Of a DNA stretch of 64,000 nucleotides, positions 42,978 through 55,157 are shown piece by piece. A program made the position numbers and the translations under genes. Origin of the DNA: Williopsis jadinii (lineage: Eukaryota). Position 1 is the first letter of the stretch, and the number at the start of each line of letters is the position of its first letter. The notes under the pieces are model-generated. The model ran no database searches and had not been told where the DNA came from. It saw only the letters and a program-made list of their open reading frames with translations. Location: NCBI GenBank assembly GCA_024346625.1, contig AP024664.1:930001-994000 (forward strand), written 5' to 3'.

Positions 42978-45900
42978 ATGACTGAAGCAAAGACCATTGT
43001 TCTCGAGAACGTGAGTATCCCGCTGTTTTTTATCCTTTTGTCCCTGCCTGTGAGGGAGCTACTTGACACATCACCTCACAGGCAGCGGCTTTGTTCAGGT
43101 TGTCAGAGGGATGGCTCTATACACCCCAATCATATCAGCACAGCGGTACTAACAGGCTTGTTCCTCGAGTAGACTGCGAGAAGAGATACCCTTATCGGTA
43201 TTGAAAAGAAATACCAGGCTCTCTGGGCTGAAGAGAAGCTCTTTGAACAAAACGCTCCTACTTTGGAGGAGGAGAACGTCGAAATCTCCATCGATGAGCT
43301 CCACGAGAAGTATCCAAAGTTCATGTCCTCCATGGCTTATCCTTATATGAACGGTGTCCTCCATGCTGGTCACTGTTTCACTTTGTCCAAGGTGGAGTTC
43401 AGCATCGGTTTTGAACGTATGAGAGGTAAGAGAGCATTGTTCCCATTGGGTTTCCACTGTACTGGTATGCCAATCAAGGCGTGTGCCGATAAGTTGGTTC
43501 GTGAAGCTGAAATGTTTGGTAAAGATTACAGCAATGTTCCAGCTGAGGAGGAGGAACCAGAGGCTGAGAAGCCAAAAGAACAAACGCCACAAGCCAAATC
43601 TGAAGATGGTAAGTTCAAAGGTAAGAAGACCAAGGCTGCTGCAAAGCAAGGTCGTGGTAAGTACCAATTCGAGATTATGCTTCAACTCGGTATCCCAAGA
43701 GAAGAGCTGTACAAGTTTGCCGACCCATACTACTGGCTCGAGTACTTCCCACCTCTCTGTCAAAGTGACTGTGAGAAGTTCGGTGCCAGAATCGACTGGC
43801 GTCGTTCCATGATCACCACTGATATGAACCCATTCTACGATCAATTTGTTAGATGGCAAGTTCAAAGATTGAAAGATATCGGTAAGATCAAATTTGGTGA
43901 GAGATACACCATCTACTCTGAAAAGGACGGTCAACCATGTATGGATCACGATAGACAATCCGGTGAAGGTGTCACTCCACAGGAATACGTTGGTATCAAA
44001 ATTCAAATTACAGAGTTCTCTGATCCAACCGTTGCTGAGTCTCTCGACAGCTCTAAGCCTGTTTACTTAGTGGCTGCTACTTTACGTCCTGAGACCATGT
44101 ACGGTCAAACTTGTTGTTTTGTTTCTCCAAAGATTGATTACGGTATCTTTGACAATGGTAAGGAATACTTCATTACCACTGGGCGTGCTTACAAGAACAT
44201 GTCGTACCAAAAGATCACTCCACAACGTGGTGATTACAAGCCAACCGTTGTTGTCAGTGGTAAGCGTTTGATTGGTTCTAAAATCAAGGCCCCATTGGCA
44301 CAATTCGACGAGTTGAGAGTCTTGCCTATGGAGACTGTTCTCGCTACAAAGGGTACTGGTGTGGTTACATGTGTTCCATCCGATTCCCCAGATGATTACA
44401 TCACCACCAAGGATTTGCAGAACAAGCCAGAGTACTATGGTATCGACAAGGATTGGGTTAGAGATCCAGTGCCACTCATTAAGACTGAGAAATATGGTAA
44501 CATGTGTGCTGAGTACTTGTGTAAGGAGCTCAAGATTCAATCTCCAAAGGATTCCATTCAATTGGCTAAGGCTAAGGAGGCCGCCTACAAGGAAGGTTTC
44601 TACAGTGGTATTATGGATGTCGGTCCATACAAGGGCGAGAAGGTTGAAGTTGCAAAGCCAAAGGTTAAGGCTGACTTGATTGCTACTGGTGAGGCCTTTG
44701 TCTACTCTGAACCAGAATCTCAAGTGGTTTCTCGTTCTGGTGATATCTGTATCGTTTCTCTCGAAGATCAGTGGTATGTTGATTACGGTGAGAAGGACTG
44801 GAAGTCTCAAGCTGTTGAAGCTTTGGAATCCATGAACACTTTCACTACAGAGACAAGAAATGGTTTCGAAGGTGTTTTAGACTGGTTGAAGAACTGGGCC
44901 GTTTGTCGTACTTACGGTTTGGGTACCAGATTGCCATGGGACGAAAAGTACTTGGTCGAGTCTCTTTCAGATTCTACCATCTACCAAGCTTACTATACAA
45001 TCTCCCATTTGTTGCACACCGACTACTATGGTAAAGACTTGGGCAAATTCGGTATCACCCCAGAGCAAATGACAGCTGACGTCTTTGATTACATCTTTTT
45101 ACGTAAGGAAGACATCAAGACAGAGATCCCATTGTCTGCCTTGCAAACTTTGAGAAGAGAATTCGAGTACTTCTACCCATTGGATGTTTCTATCTCGGGT
45201 AAGGATTTGATTCCAAACCATTTGACTTTCTTCATCTACACTCACACTGCTATCTTCCCAAAGAGATTCTGGCCAGCAGGTATCCGTGCTAACGGTCACT
45301 TGTTGTTGAACAACAACAAGATGTCAAAGTCCACCGGTAATTTCATGACTTTAGAGCAAGTTGTGGAGAAGTTCGGTGCTGATGCTTCTCGTATTGCATT
45401 GGCCGATGCCGGTGATACTCTTGAAGACGCTAACTTTGAGGAGGCCAATGCCAATGCAGCTATTTTGCGTTTAACCACTTTGAAGGAGTGGGCTGAAGAT
45501 GCCGTGAAGAACATCGACTCTTTCAGAGATGGAGAGTTCAACTTCTTCGATATTGCCTTCGAGAATGAGTTGAACGACTTGATCGAACAAACTTACACCA
45601 ACTACGAATTGACTAACTACAAGACTGCTTTGAAGACAGGTTTGTTCGACTACCAAACAGCTCGTGATTACTACCGTGAAGCTTCTGCAACTATGCACCG
45701 TGATTTGGTTTTGCGTTACATTGAAACACAAGTCTTGTTGTTGACTCCAGTTGCTCCTCACTTTGCTGATTACGTTTGGAGAGAGGTCTTGGGTAAGAAG
45801 ACCACTATTCAAAGTGCATCTTTCCCAAGAGCCTCAAAACCAGTTGACTACTCCATCCTTGAATCCTTGGAGTACATCCGTGGCTTGTCTCGTTCCATCC

Positions 45901-46403
45901 GTGAGACTGAGGGTACCTTGATGAAGAAGAAGAAAGGCAAGGGTGCTGATGTTGACCAGTCCAAGCCTGTGAAGTTAACAATCTTCATCTCCGAGAACTT
46001 CCCAGAATGGCAAAACGATTATATCGAGATTGTGCGTGAACTCTTTGAGAAGCAATCTCTTAATGACAACGCTGTGATAAAGGAGAAGGTTGGTAAGGAC
46101 ATGAAGCGTGCTATGCCATTCATCTCCAACTTGAAGCAACGTTTAGTTAAGGAATCTCCAGATGTTGTTTTCAACAGAGAATTGAACTTTGACGAAGTTG
46201 CAACAGTTAAGACCGCCATCGAGACTATCAAGCGTGCTGCTTCTGCATTCAAGGTGCACGACGTGCAAGTCATTTCGTTCAAGAACGGTACTAGAGTTGG
46301 TACTGATATCTTCACTGGTGAAGAGGTTCCTATCACTATCACTGGTAAGATCATTGACAGTGCAGTTCCTGGTCAGCCAGGCTTGGTGATGGAGAACATC
46401 TAG
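42978..46403 (+). CDS. CDC60: Cytosolic leucyl-tRNA synthetase; exons 42978-43010, 43173-46403 (1087 aa)
   Basis: MTEAKTIVLEN|TARRDTL; YPYMNGVLHAGH, KMSKS, CP1 editing domain; intron GTGAGT..TACTAAC..TAG. Confidence 0.98.
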
Positions 46404-46905
46404 ACACCTCAGATCCCTTGGTACATAGAGTATGCTTTCTGGTGTAATGAAAGTTTTATTAAAGCAAGCCAGTACAGTGTAGGAGAGTACCACTAGTTAT
46501 TTAACAGCTATGTATACAGCCATGGTCATATTTGAAGCAAGTAATCTGTGTATTACCAAACTGATTATAATCAGGATCTGTTTGGCGGGCTACATACAGT
46601 TTACCCTTTGTACTTGCGACTTGTTGGTGGTGATGACCTGTCTATCGGCAACGGCTTTGAGCAGATACGCTGTCGCAGACCTTATTCCTGCAGTGGTTCA
46701 TGCATTCCTTGCAGAGTGGTGGTGTTTCTAAGGCCTTTCCACCCTCTTGTGATTCGAGTATTTGTACAGTTAGAACAGTAAAAAACTGATGACCAGCACT
46801 ATGGAAATGTAGCAACAGCTTTCAAACAAATACGAATGCTTATTCATGAGCAGTACACCATGGCAAGTCCAATATGATTTAAGGCCAAAAAAAAGAAATG
46901 CGAAA

Positions 46906-46978
46906 TGCCCCACGTGGGGCTCGAACCCACAACCGTACGATTAAGAGTCGTAAGCGCTACCGATTGCGCCAGCGAGGC
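46906..46978 (-). tRNA. tRNA-Lys(CTT), copy 2
   Basis: Identical 73 nt to copy 1. Confidence 0.97.
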
Positions 46979-47562
46979 GATTTCGAAAACCGAAAAACCC
47001 AGCGATTACCACACAGAAACCGAATTGAGGTACAGGAAAGACGATATGAAAAACTGTAGGGGAGCATCACAAGGCATCCACTTCGCCTAAAGGGAACCCT
47101 TGGATAAGCCCGCTTAGGCAATGGTTAACAGTCATCAATGCGCCAATTGTATGGTCAACAGCCATCAGGGTGCCAATTGACATAGATAGAACCATCATCA
47201 TCTTACACAGATCATATCGCTTTCACAGCGTAACAAGCAATCAACCGAATGCCGGTGGTATAAACTGTTAACACCTATAACCGGCTGTGTGACGTAAACC
47301 GGAACCATAATAAGTGCGTTACTGTGGATGAAGAGGTGCAAAAAAAATAACGCACAATGCGAAAACGATACACAAAAATTACAGGCACGTTTATGTTATG
47401 AGAAGGCTTTAACAAAGAGCTCTTCCGTCCAGCGATAACAACAGCGAATCGGAGACACACGACACGGTTCCATTGATCACTTGAATCCGTATTTTGACCT
47501 TCTCTGTTTCACTTTGCAGATAGTTTTGAGACGGGGTTGAGTAGCTGGGTTGATTAGCTGGG

Positions 47563-50298
47563 ATGAAGTTTGCAGAGTGAGTGTGGGATGATGGCTCAGC
47601 GCTGAAGGGAAAGAACATCTATACTAACGTATCTTATAGAAACCTCTCTGAGAACTTGGTATGTACCGTTCCATAGAAGTAGGAGCGACTGTTCGATCAC
47701 TAACTATCCATCAAAAAAGGTTCCAGAATGGAGGGATAAGTATCTGGATTACAAGGTAAGAATGTTTACATTCCAAAACACATTAGCCGCCGATGTATAT
47801 GTTTACTAACCATCGAGATCTAACAGGGCGGTAAGAAGCTTATCAAGAAGATTGCTCAGTCACCTTCGTTTTTAGCGAAGAGTCTTCTCTCAACGCCTGG
47901 GACGTCCTCTGCTGCTGCTGAGAGACTGAGGGCCTTCACGCTAACACAGAACAACAGATCAACAACGCCAGGTTCATTCGAGTTGCCGCCGGCCGCTGTT
48001 GATCCTACGGAATCACTGAACAATGATGATGCAAGCAACGATAGAACTCCACTACTCAGAGCCACAAGCAACCTTGAGCATACGTTGTCATCGACCGGGT
48101 CCTTAACAGGTGAGATTCACCAGAGAAAGTCCGCGTCTAATAGGGCCAGTGTACCGGCAACATATAGCGGTGGCTCTGCTGAACTGGTCGAAGGGATATC
48201 AATGGATACCATGAATGATACGAGTATTAGTGAATTCACGGAATGGCTTGATAAACAGCTCGCCAAGATTGAAGGATTCTACAAAGAAAGGGAGGACAAC
48301 ATGGTGCAAAGGTTTCTCCTGTTACAGGACCAGATGTTTCACTTAAGAGAAGATAGAATGAAGATGAAGTCCCAAGGAATGCCAAATAAAGACGAATTGA
48401 TCAAACTTGGTCTCGCTAAGACTACGAAGGAATTGACTAAGTTGAACAAGTACGATTTACCAAGTCTTCCCAAGAATCCATTCAAGAAGTACAATGAGGA
48501 GGCTGAAATAGCTCAACACAAGAGCAGAGACTACGAGCGTCACAAACATGCTGTACCATACTACGTTGCAAGAAGACAGTTGAAGGCTGCCGTACAGGAA
48601 CGTTATAGGGAACTAGAACTCCTTAAGTCGTACAGAATGCTAAACCGTACTGGATTTCGTAAACTTCTCAAGAAATTTGACAAGAGACTGAAGACAAACT
48701 TATCAGCTACTTACATGGCTAAAGTCGATGCAAGTCATTTTGCGTCAAGTGATGTCCTTGAGAACTTGACTCCAAAAATTGAAGACATGTACAGTATGAA
48801 TTTCGAAAACGGTAATAGAAAAGTTGCCGTAGAGAAACTTCGTTCCAATCTTCGAGAGGATCATTTCTACTTTACAGTTTTCCTCACAGGATTACTATAC
48901 GGTATAGCTATACCACTAAGTATTTATGCACTCTATTTGGGACTTGAAAAGACAATCTCGAAGGAAATACCAGCGGGAAGGTACATTCTCCAGATATGGG
49001 GTGGATTCTTCATGTTGTTACTAATGGCCTCTTTATTTGGTGTAAATTGTATCGTTTGGCACATGTACAAAATTAACTACACTTTCATCTTTGAATTCAA
49101 CCCCAAAACTGCTTTGAACTACAGAGAGTTCTCTTTATTACCATCATTATTGTTCTTCTTTTTGAGTATATTCTCGTGGTTCAGCTTTAATGATTTCTGG
49201 CCAGAAGTCATACCAGCAAGGTTCTGGCCATGGTTTTTTGTCGGGGTTGCCCTTGTGATTATGTTTCTTCCCTACAACATACTTTTCTTGGAGTCTAGAA
49301 AATGGTTACTTATAACCATGTGGAGGCTAATGCTTTCTGGTTTCTACCCTGTTGAGTTTCGAGACTTTTCATTGGGTGACATCTTTTGCAGTTTGACTTA
49401 CACGATGGGAAACATCTCGTTCTTCTTCTGTATGTATGCCACAAACTGGAAGGGTGCTGTTGAGGGTGATCCTGGCTGTGGATCATCAAAATCTCATCTT
49501 ATGGGATTTTTCTCCACTTTACCACCTATTTGGAGATTTCTACAATGTTATAGACGTTACTCAGACTCTGGAGATTGGTTTCCACATCTTGCAAATATGG
49601 GGAAATATGCCATCACTATTGTTTACTACGCAACTCTTAGTATCTATAGAATTCATCTGATACCTAGAGACAGGGCCGTGTTTATATTCTTCGCTTTTGT
49701 CAACTCGGTATTCAGTGGCTTATGGGATCTCTTCATGGATTGGTCTTTGATACAGAACAAAAGCTTGTTGAGGGATGACTTAATATACCCAAAGTGGTAT
49801 TATTACTTTGCAATGGTTTCCGATATCACTCTAAGATTCCAATGGGTTTTCTACGCTCTGTTCAATCGCCAAGTTCAACAATCAGCTGTTACCAGTTTCT
49901 GTATTGGAGTGGCAGAAATTATCAGAAGATGTATATGGCTGTCGATTAGAATGGAGAATGAACATGTCACTAATACACATCTCTACAAAGCCGCCAGAGA
50001 AATCCCACTTCCATATGACACAGTTCTTCGCCCAATAAGGGCGACACCAAGGGTATCAGAAGAGAGTGCAGTTACAACCGGATACTCCGTTGCAGAAGGG
50101 CCGGCTGACGAGGAACAACAAATTCCAACAACTCCTTCTTCAAGAAAGAGCCGTCCAGGAGTCTCAGCGGGCGTGCTTAAGAATGTTTCTATGGCTATTG
50201 TTAATGCTCATGCTAAGGACTTTCAGCGTAGAAAGTCTAACGTTAACGAAATAGCTGAAAACAGTTCCGAAGAAGATAACAGTGACGATGAGGGCTAA
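47563..50298 (+). CDS. SYG1: SPX-EXS protein Syg1 (XPR1/PHO1 family); exons 47563-47576, 47640-47658, 47720-47755, 47827-50298 (846 aa)
   Basis: Three introns rebuild the SPX N-terminus MKFAENLSENLVPEWRDKYLDYKGGKK; LNRTGFRKLLKKFDK; EXS motifs VEFRDF, WFPHLAN, RMENEH. Confidence 0.94.
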
Positions 50299-50354
50299 GC
50301 ATAATACGTCTTCGATTTACATTGACATTATCCACATATTTATAAAATTTCGTA

Positions 50355-53300
50355 CTAGTATCCCTGAACCTTGGCATAATTGGGTGGATAAAGCCTCTTA
50401 TAGACAAGTTTTGAGATCCATATTGGGAGTACCGATGCAGCTAAAATCACTGTTAGTTGCCAGTAGAAAGTACCAGATGCCATAAAACTTAGATCAAAGT
50501 AGTCACCCAATACAGGAACCGATCCAACAAAAATTGCAAACGTAGCAACTTCTGAAAAGATCATGATATTGGTCCAAGTGTGGATTTCTATACCAACCAT
50601 TGCTAGCTCGTTCAAAACCATCGCAGTGAAACATAATGACACCAATTTTGTAAAGTCATCAGCACTGATACTGGTAAATACTTGTGAGAAAATTTGAATG
50701 ACACTTCCTTGGTATAAGGAAACAGCAACCCAGACAAAAAACGTCGCATAACTCAATGACTTCCCACTGGTTAGCTCATGGTAAAGCTCTGGGAAGACAA
50801 AACAGACCTCTTTCTCAACATCACAGTCAAACACAAGTGCAAAGACAGGCATCATAGTATAGCATGTAGCATAACCAACCATTAAAAACCCAGTGATCAA
50901 GGCAATTGGTTCATAGCTAGAGGTTATGGAGAAGATTGCCTGTGCAACCGAGATTAATAAACCTCTGTGAATAACAAATTGTCCCAATTTTGCAGATCTT
51001 TTGTAACTGTTTCTTCCATGCCAAAGTAACAATGTTGTAAGGTGACAGAACTGTGTGATGGAAAAATCTGCAGCCAAAGAGGCCTGCTTACCTTCTTTAC
51101 CAACGATTCCCACACCTACATCAGCAGATTGGATCATACTGACATCATTACCACCGTCTCCAATGCAGCACACTCTTTTCTTTGTAATTTCTTTGATGAA
51201 AACAGCAACATCAGCCTTTTGCTGAGGGGTACAACGACAGGCAATGACACAAGGGAGATGAACAACAATATCAAAAAACTCCTGTCTATAATGTTTCATA
51301 TACAATCCAAGCGACTCTCCATCAATTAGAAGACATGAGTTCTTATTGATACGGAGATATTCTAATGCATCCATCGCATGCTCAGATCTTGACATACGTG
51401 TTATGGTATGCACATATTGACCCCTAGTTATCAATCTTGCACTCACAGAAACACAACGAGCTGTTTCAACCTTGTCACCCGTTAACATCCAAATCTTAAT
51501 ACCTGCATTTCTCAATATCTCGATGGACGATTTGACATCCTTTTGTAATTTATCTTCGACACCAGTCAGACCAAGAAGTTCCAAGTCACTTTCCAAATAT
51601 TGCCCAATAACCCTTTGCATTTCTGCGTCTCTATTAGTCATGGATGCTGATGCTTCATCATATTTCTCTTTAAAAGTGTGGTAAAGTTTCTCTGTTAAGG
51701 CCTTTCTACCAACCACTAACGTTCTCAGACCCTCCCTTGCCATGTTACTGGTTTCTTCATCCAACCAATCGTTGCTTTGGACAATTTTACTCATGACTGT
51801 ATCAGCCCCCTTTTCAAGAAACCAATATTCATTCTTCTTTCTGTCGCGTACAATAACACCCATTCTTTTCGTATCAGAGTTGAAAGGGAAGAGTTGGAGA
51901 ATATCGAACTGTAGATTTTCGCCAGTGCTTCCGCGTACAAGGGTCATGCTGTGACGGTCACGTCTGAACAGAGAAAGACCCACATGTTCTGTGAACTTCA
52001 CAATCGCAATTTCGTCCGGTGATGCTGCCTGATATGTGACTTCATCTCCATCCAAAGTAGGCGTGACGTTATGACAGATTGCCAAAGTTGTTACGAGATC
52101 ACGTACTCTGTTACCCATATCCCTTCTGTTGGTTACCGGTTTAGAAGGTGTAGAAGCAACATAGTCGGATACAATGTCCATGGTATCACCAGCATAGGAA
52201 ACTGTACCCAAATGTAACTTCTTCAACTCCATATCATTTTGCGTTAATGTACCAGTTTTATCAGAGAGCAAATACTCAATTCTCCCCAAATCCTCAGGAA
52301 TAGTACTGGTTCTAACGATAGTCTCTTCGATAGAATCATCGTGCTCTATCTGATACGCATAAACAGATTTCGCAAGGTCCAAGTTAACTCTCAATGAGAC
52401 AGGAATGATGGTAGAGAACAAGATCAAGAATCTCATAACGTCTAAGTACCAAGCATCACCGAATCCATTGATCGCGACAAGACCAAAAGATAAAAGGAAA
52501 ACACACGAACAAAGAATTTTAGAGAGCCTATTGATCTCCAACTCCAAGAGACCAGTCTTGACACCAGACTTTGTTGTATTCATTGCTTGACGTGTATCAG
52601 TTCCCGTGTAGATAACACATCCAATGGCTGTTCCAGATGCGAGAACTGTGTTTGCCCACATGGTATTGTCAATGGTCAAGCCAGCTTGTTGGTCATCCCA
52701 ATTTAGTTTTCCAACAAAGCTATGGATAGATTTATCTGGGGCACCAGCAGTAATCATGACATGATCCAACTCTTCGAGTGGCAAGTTTTGTGTTAACGGA
52801 CATGCAATTCTCAGTTTCCAATCAGTCTCACCGTCCAATTGATCCGTCTTGATAAAGCTCTCCCCGGTAGATTCGCTAGATTGTAGGAGAATCATATCTG
52901 CGGGTATTCTGGTGTCCTTATGGACTTTGACCAAATCACCAACTTCCAAGTTCTTCGAAGGAACCAACTTAGGTCTACCGATAACCTCATAAAGCTCGCT
53001 ATTGGCCTCCATATCCCTTCTTCTTCTGTGGATGTCGTCCATGGCCTCTTTACTCATAGTCACCACAAGGACAAACGCCAAAGGCACCACGTATGTCGAG
53101 AGATAGCCGATTCTCAGGGCAGGAATGGCCTGTGATAATGCCACAAGGAGGAAGTAGAGGTTGAAGAAGAACTTGAACTGCTCGTACAGAATCAGCGGGA
53201 TAAACGTCACCGGGTTGTATTTCGCATTGGAAATGGCATTCGAGGGATATTTGGATCCACCCACACCAGGGTACACGGTACGATCAACGTGCTGTTCAGT

Positions 53301-53672
53301 CAGCAGCACACTCGAAGGGCTCTTAGAGGCCTTGTAGATCCTTAGAGCGTTCAGAGCCCTCGTCAAGAAGCTGCCGCCCTGTGAGAAGGAGCGTTGCGGT
53401 GTATTTGCCCCGGACACAATCAGTGGGGCATTATCACCAAGCGCTTCGTCAAACGAGTCCTTCCTCTGAATATTCGAGTTCATATTCTGTAGCGGTATGC
53501 TGTTGGAGCCTGGGAGGTTGATATCCGATGACCTTGAAACGTTTGATCGGCTATCAGTGAAAGGGTTCGATTCCAAGTTGGCCAACGCAGCGTCAAGCGA
53601 ATCGTCAAACTGTTGATCAAAGGAAGAGACGCTGCTGTTCCGTGTATTATGATCACTTGTGTGCAGCGGCAT
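50355..53672 (-). CDS. NEO1: P4-ATPase flippase Neo1
   Basis: TDQLDGETDWK, SDKTGTLTQN, WMLTGDKVETA, IGDGGNDVSMIQ. Confidence 0.97.
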   Translation of the reverse strand: MPLHTSDHNTRNSSVSSFDQQFDDSLDAALANLESNPFTDSRSNVSRSSDINLPGSNSIPLQNMNSNIQRKDSFDEALGDNAPLIVSGANTPQRSFSQGGSFLTRALNALRIYKASKSPSSVLLTEQHVDRTVYPGVGGSKYPSNAISNAKYNPVTFIPLILYEQFKFFFNLYFLLVALSQAIPALRIGYLSTYVVPLAFVLVVTMSKEAMDDIHRRRRDMEANSELYEVIGRPKLVPSKNLEVGDLVKVHKDTRIPADMILLQSSESTGESFIKTDQLDGETDWKLRIACPLTQNLPLEELDHVMITAGAPDKSIHSFVGKLNWDDQQAGLTIDNTMWANTVLASGTAIGCVIYTGTDTRQAMNTTKSGVKTGLLELEINRLSKILCSCVFLLSFGLVAINGFGDAWYLDVMRFLILFSTIIPVSLRVNLDLAKSVYAYQIEHDDSIEETIVRTSTIPEDLGRIEYLLSDKTGTLTQNDMELKKLHLGTVSYAGDTMDIVSDYVASTPSKPVTNRRDMGNRVRDLVTTLAICHNVTPTLDGDEVTYQAASPDEIAIVKFTEHVGLSLFRRDRHSMTLVRGSTGENLQFDILQLFPFNSDTKRMGVIVRDRKKNEYWFLEKGADTVMSKIVQSNDWLDEETSNMAREGLRTLVVGRKALTEKLYHTFKEKYDEASASMTNRDAEMQRVIGQYLESDLELLGLTGVEDKLQKDVKSSIEILRNAGIKIWMLTGDKVETARCVSVSARLITRGQYVHTITRMSRSEHAMDALEYLRINKNSCLLIDGESLGLYMKHYRQEFFDIVVHLPCVIACRCTPQQKADVAVFIKEITKKRVCCIGDGGNDVSMIQSADVGVGIVGKEGKQASLAADFSITQFCHLTTLLLWHGRNSYKRSAKLGQFVIHRGLLISVAQAIFSITSSYEPIALITGFLMVGYATCYTMMPVFALVFDCDVEKEVCFVFPELYHELTSGKSLSYATFFVWVAVSLYQGSVIQIFSQVFTSISADDFTKLVSLCFTAMVLNELAMVGIEIHTWTNIMIFSEVATFAIFVGSVPVLGDYFDLSFMASGTFYWQLTVILAASVLPIWISKLVYKRLYPPNYAKVQGY

Positions 53673-53753
53673 TTAACACCTGAAGGAGAAGGGTGAAATC
53701 AACGTATGGCGTAGAATTCTGGCCTCTCCCTTTGAGATTTGAGTGCGCTGTGG

Positions 53754-53780
53754 GTTGTTGTTGTTGTTGTTGTTGTTGTT
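53754..53780. repeat. (GTT)9 microsatellite upstream of NEO1
   Basis: Nine perfect GTT units. Confidence 0.95.
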
Positions 53781-54005
53781 GTGAGCCTGTTTTATCGTTT
53801 TCTCCGGTTGTTTGTTTACCCTTTCTGGTGTTTTTCTAACTCCAACACAGCGTTACAGCCCCGATTACAACAACGCCTTTCTACAAAGACAATTGTCTCT
53901 ACTATCGAATGATATCGTCTACATCAGTTCCACGACAGAGGTGGTTGGGATTGAAAACTTTTTGATCTTTTGTGCTTAAATTAAAATACAGGATTGTGTT
54001 CTAAC

Positions 54006-54797
54006 TTATTTCTTAGACTTCTTAGCAGCCTTCTTCTCAGCAGCCTTCTCCTTCTCGGCTTGCTCCTTCAAGACTCTCTTAACGATCTTTTGTTCCTCAA
54101 TCAAGAAAGCTCTGACGATTCTCTCCTTGACACAGTTGGCACATCTGGAACCACCGTAGGCACGGGAGACGGTCTTGTGGGTCTTAGAGACTTGAGCGTA
54201 CTCTCTTGGTCTCAAGGAGGAGATACCTGGCAAAGGGACACCACAGTCACCACATTTTGGTCTGGTGCCGGTCTTCTTGACGTGTTGAGCACGCAAGACA
54301 CCACCTGGGGTCTTAACAACTTTGATCTTGTTGGAACGAGAGTTGTCTATAAAAGGGAGGAGTTAGTATGAACTATTCGACAAAATAGTCTTCACCATTC
54401 GCTGAGTAGAGAGTGGCAAACATGGATATGATGTGTGACAGAGACACTATGCGCCTTGGAAGCGTTGTATTGGTCTCTCTACGTGGTTCTTCTTCACCCT
54501 CATCTTCTGTTCTTCCTCAAAGTGTCCTCTGCAAAAGTGCTAAAACCATTTGGCTCAACGAGTCAATGTGATAACAAACATTCAATTGTTTGAACTGTGA
54601 AGGCTAACGAATCTTTCCGTGGTGACCTGTGCTTCTCTCTTCTGGGCCCCAACGCTCTTTGGTGAAATAAAATTTGATAGAAAGTCTAACGGTATGCTCT
54701 TCACACACATTTATGCCATCTCTCTTCTCCTGGTGATTGTGTATCAAGGTTCGTACGTACATGGGTTTCTTCTTCTGTAAGTAACTCTTTGAGCCAT
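54006..54797 (-). CDS. RPL34: 60S ribosomal protein eL34; exons 54761-54797, 54006-54346
   Basis: MAQRVTYRRRNPY|NSRSNKIKVVKTPGG..KCGDCG..RAYGGSRC; 414-nt intron GTACGT..TACTAAC..TAG. Confidence 0.98.
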
Positions 54798-54884
54798 CTT
54801 TGCTTTCGTTGTTTCTCCTCTAACAGTTCAACACTCTGTATATTTACTAGCAGTGTTTAATTTTCATCAACAGAGTGGTGATGC

Positions 54885-54997
54885 GAAAGCTTTTTTTCAG
54901 TGGTGTGCGGGTGCACGGACCGCCGCATTTGGGATGAAGTGACAGCCCTAGTGAAAGTCACGTGGAAATAATGATCGATTTTCAACGAGAGCCCTAA
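54885..54997. promoter_or_regulatory. RPL34 promoter elements: Rap1-like, Cbf1 and Tbf1/IFHL-like sites
   Basis: GCACCCGCACACC (minus, 54902-54914), TCACGTG (54958-54964), AGCCCTAG and AGCCCTAA (~54945, 54990), GAAAGCTTTTTTT. Confidence 0.55.
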
Positions 54998-55157
54998 TGG
55001 GAAATTATGTGTGGCCATGTACGACGAACAATGCAACACACCACACTAATACTGATGAGATAACAATTAACAGTTACAGGTCTACATTTCAGGACTGTTT
55101 TTGAATAATCTGGCGCTATTCATGTGCTGTACAGATGAACTTATATACACAACTTGT

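Noticed and set aside
43149..46493. Long antisense ORFs (285 aa, 242 aa, etc.) opposite CDC60, and similar ones over other genes
   Set aside because: Shadow frames caused by codon bias of the sense gene
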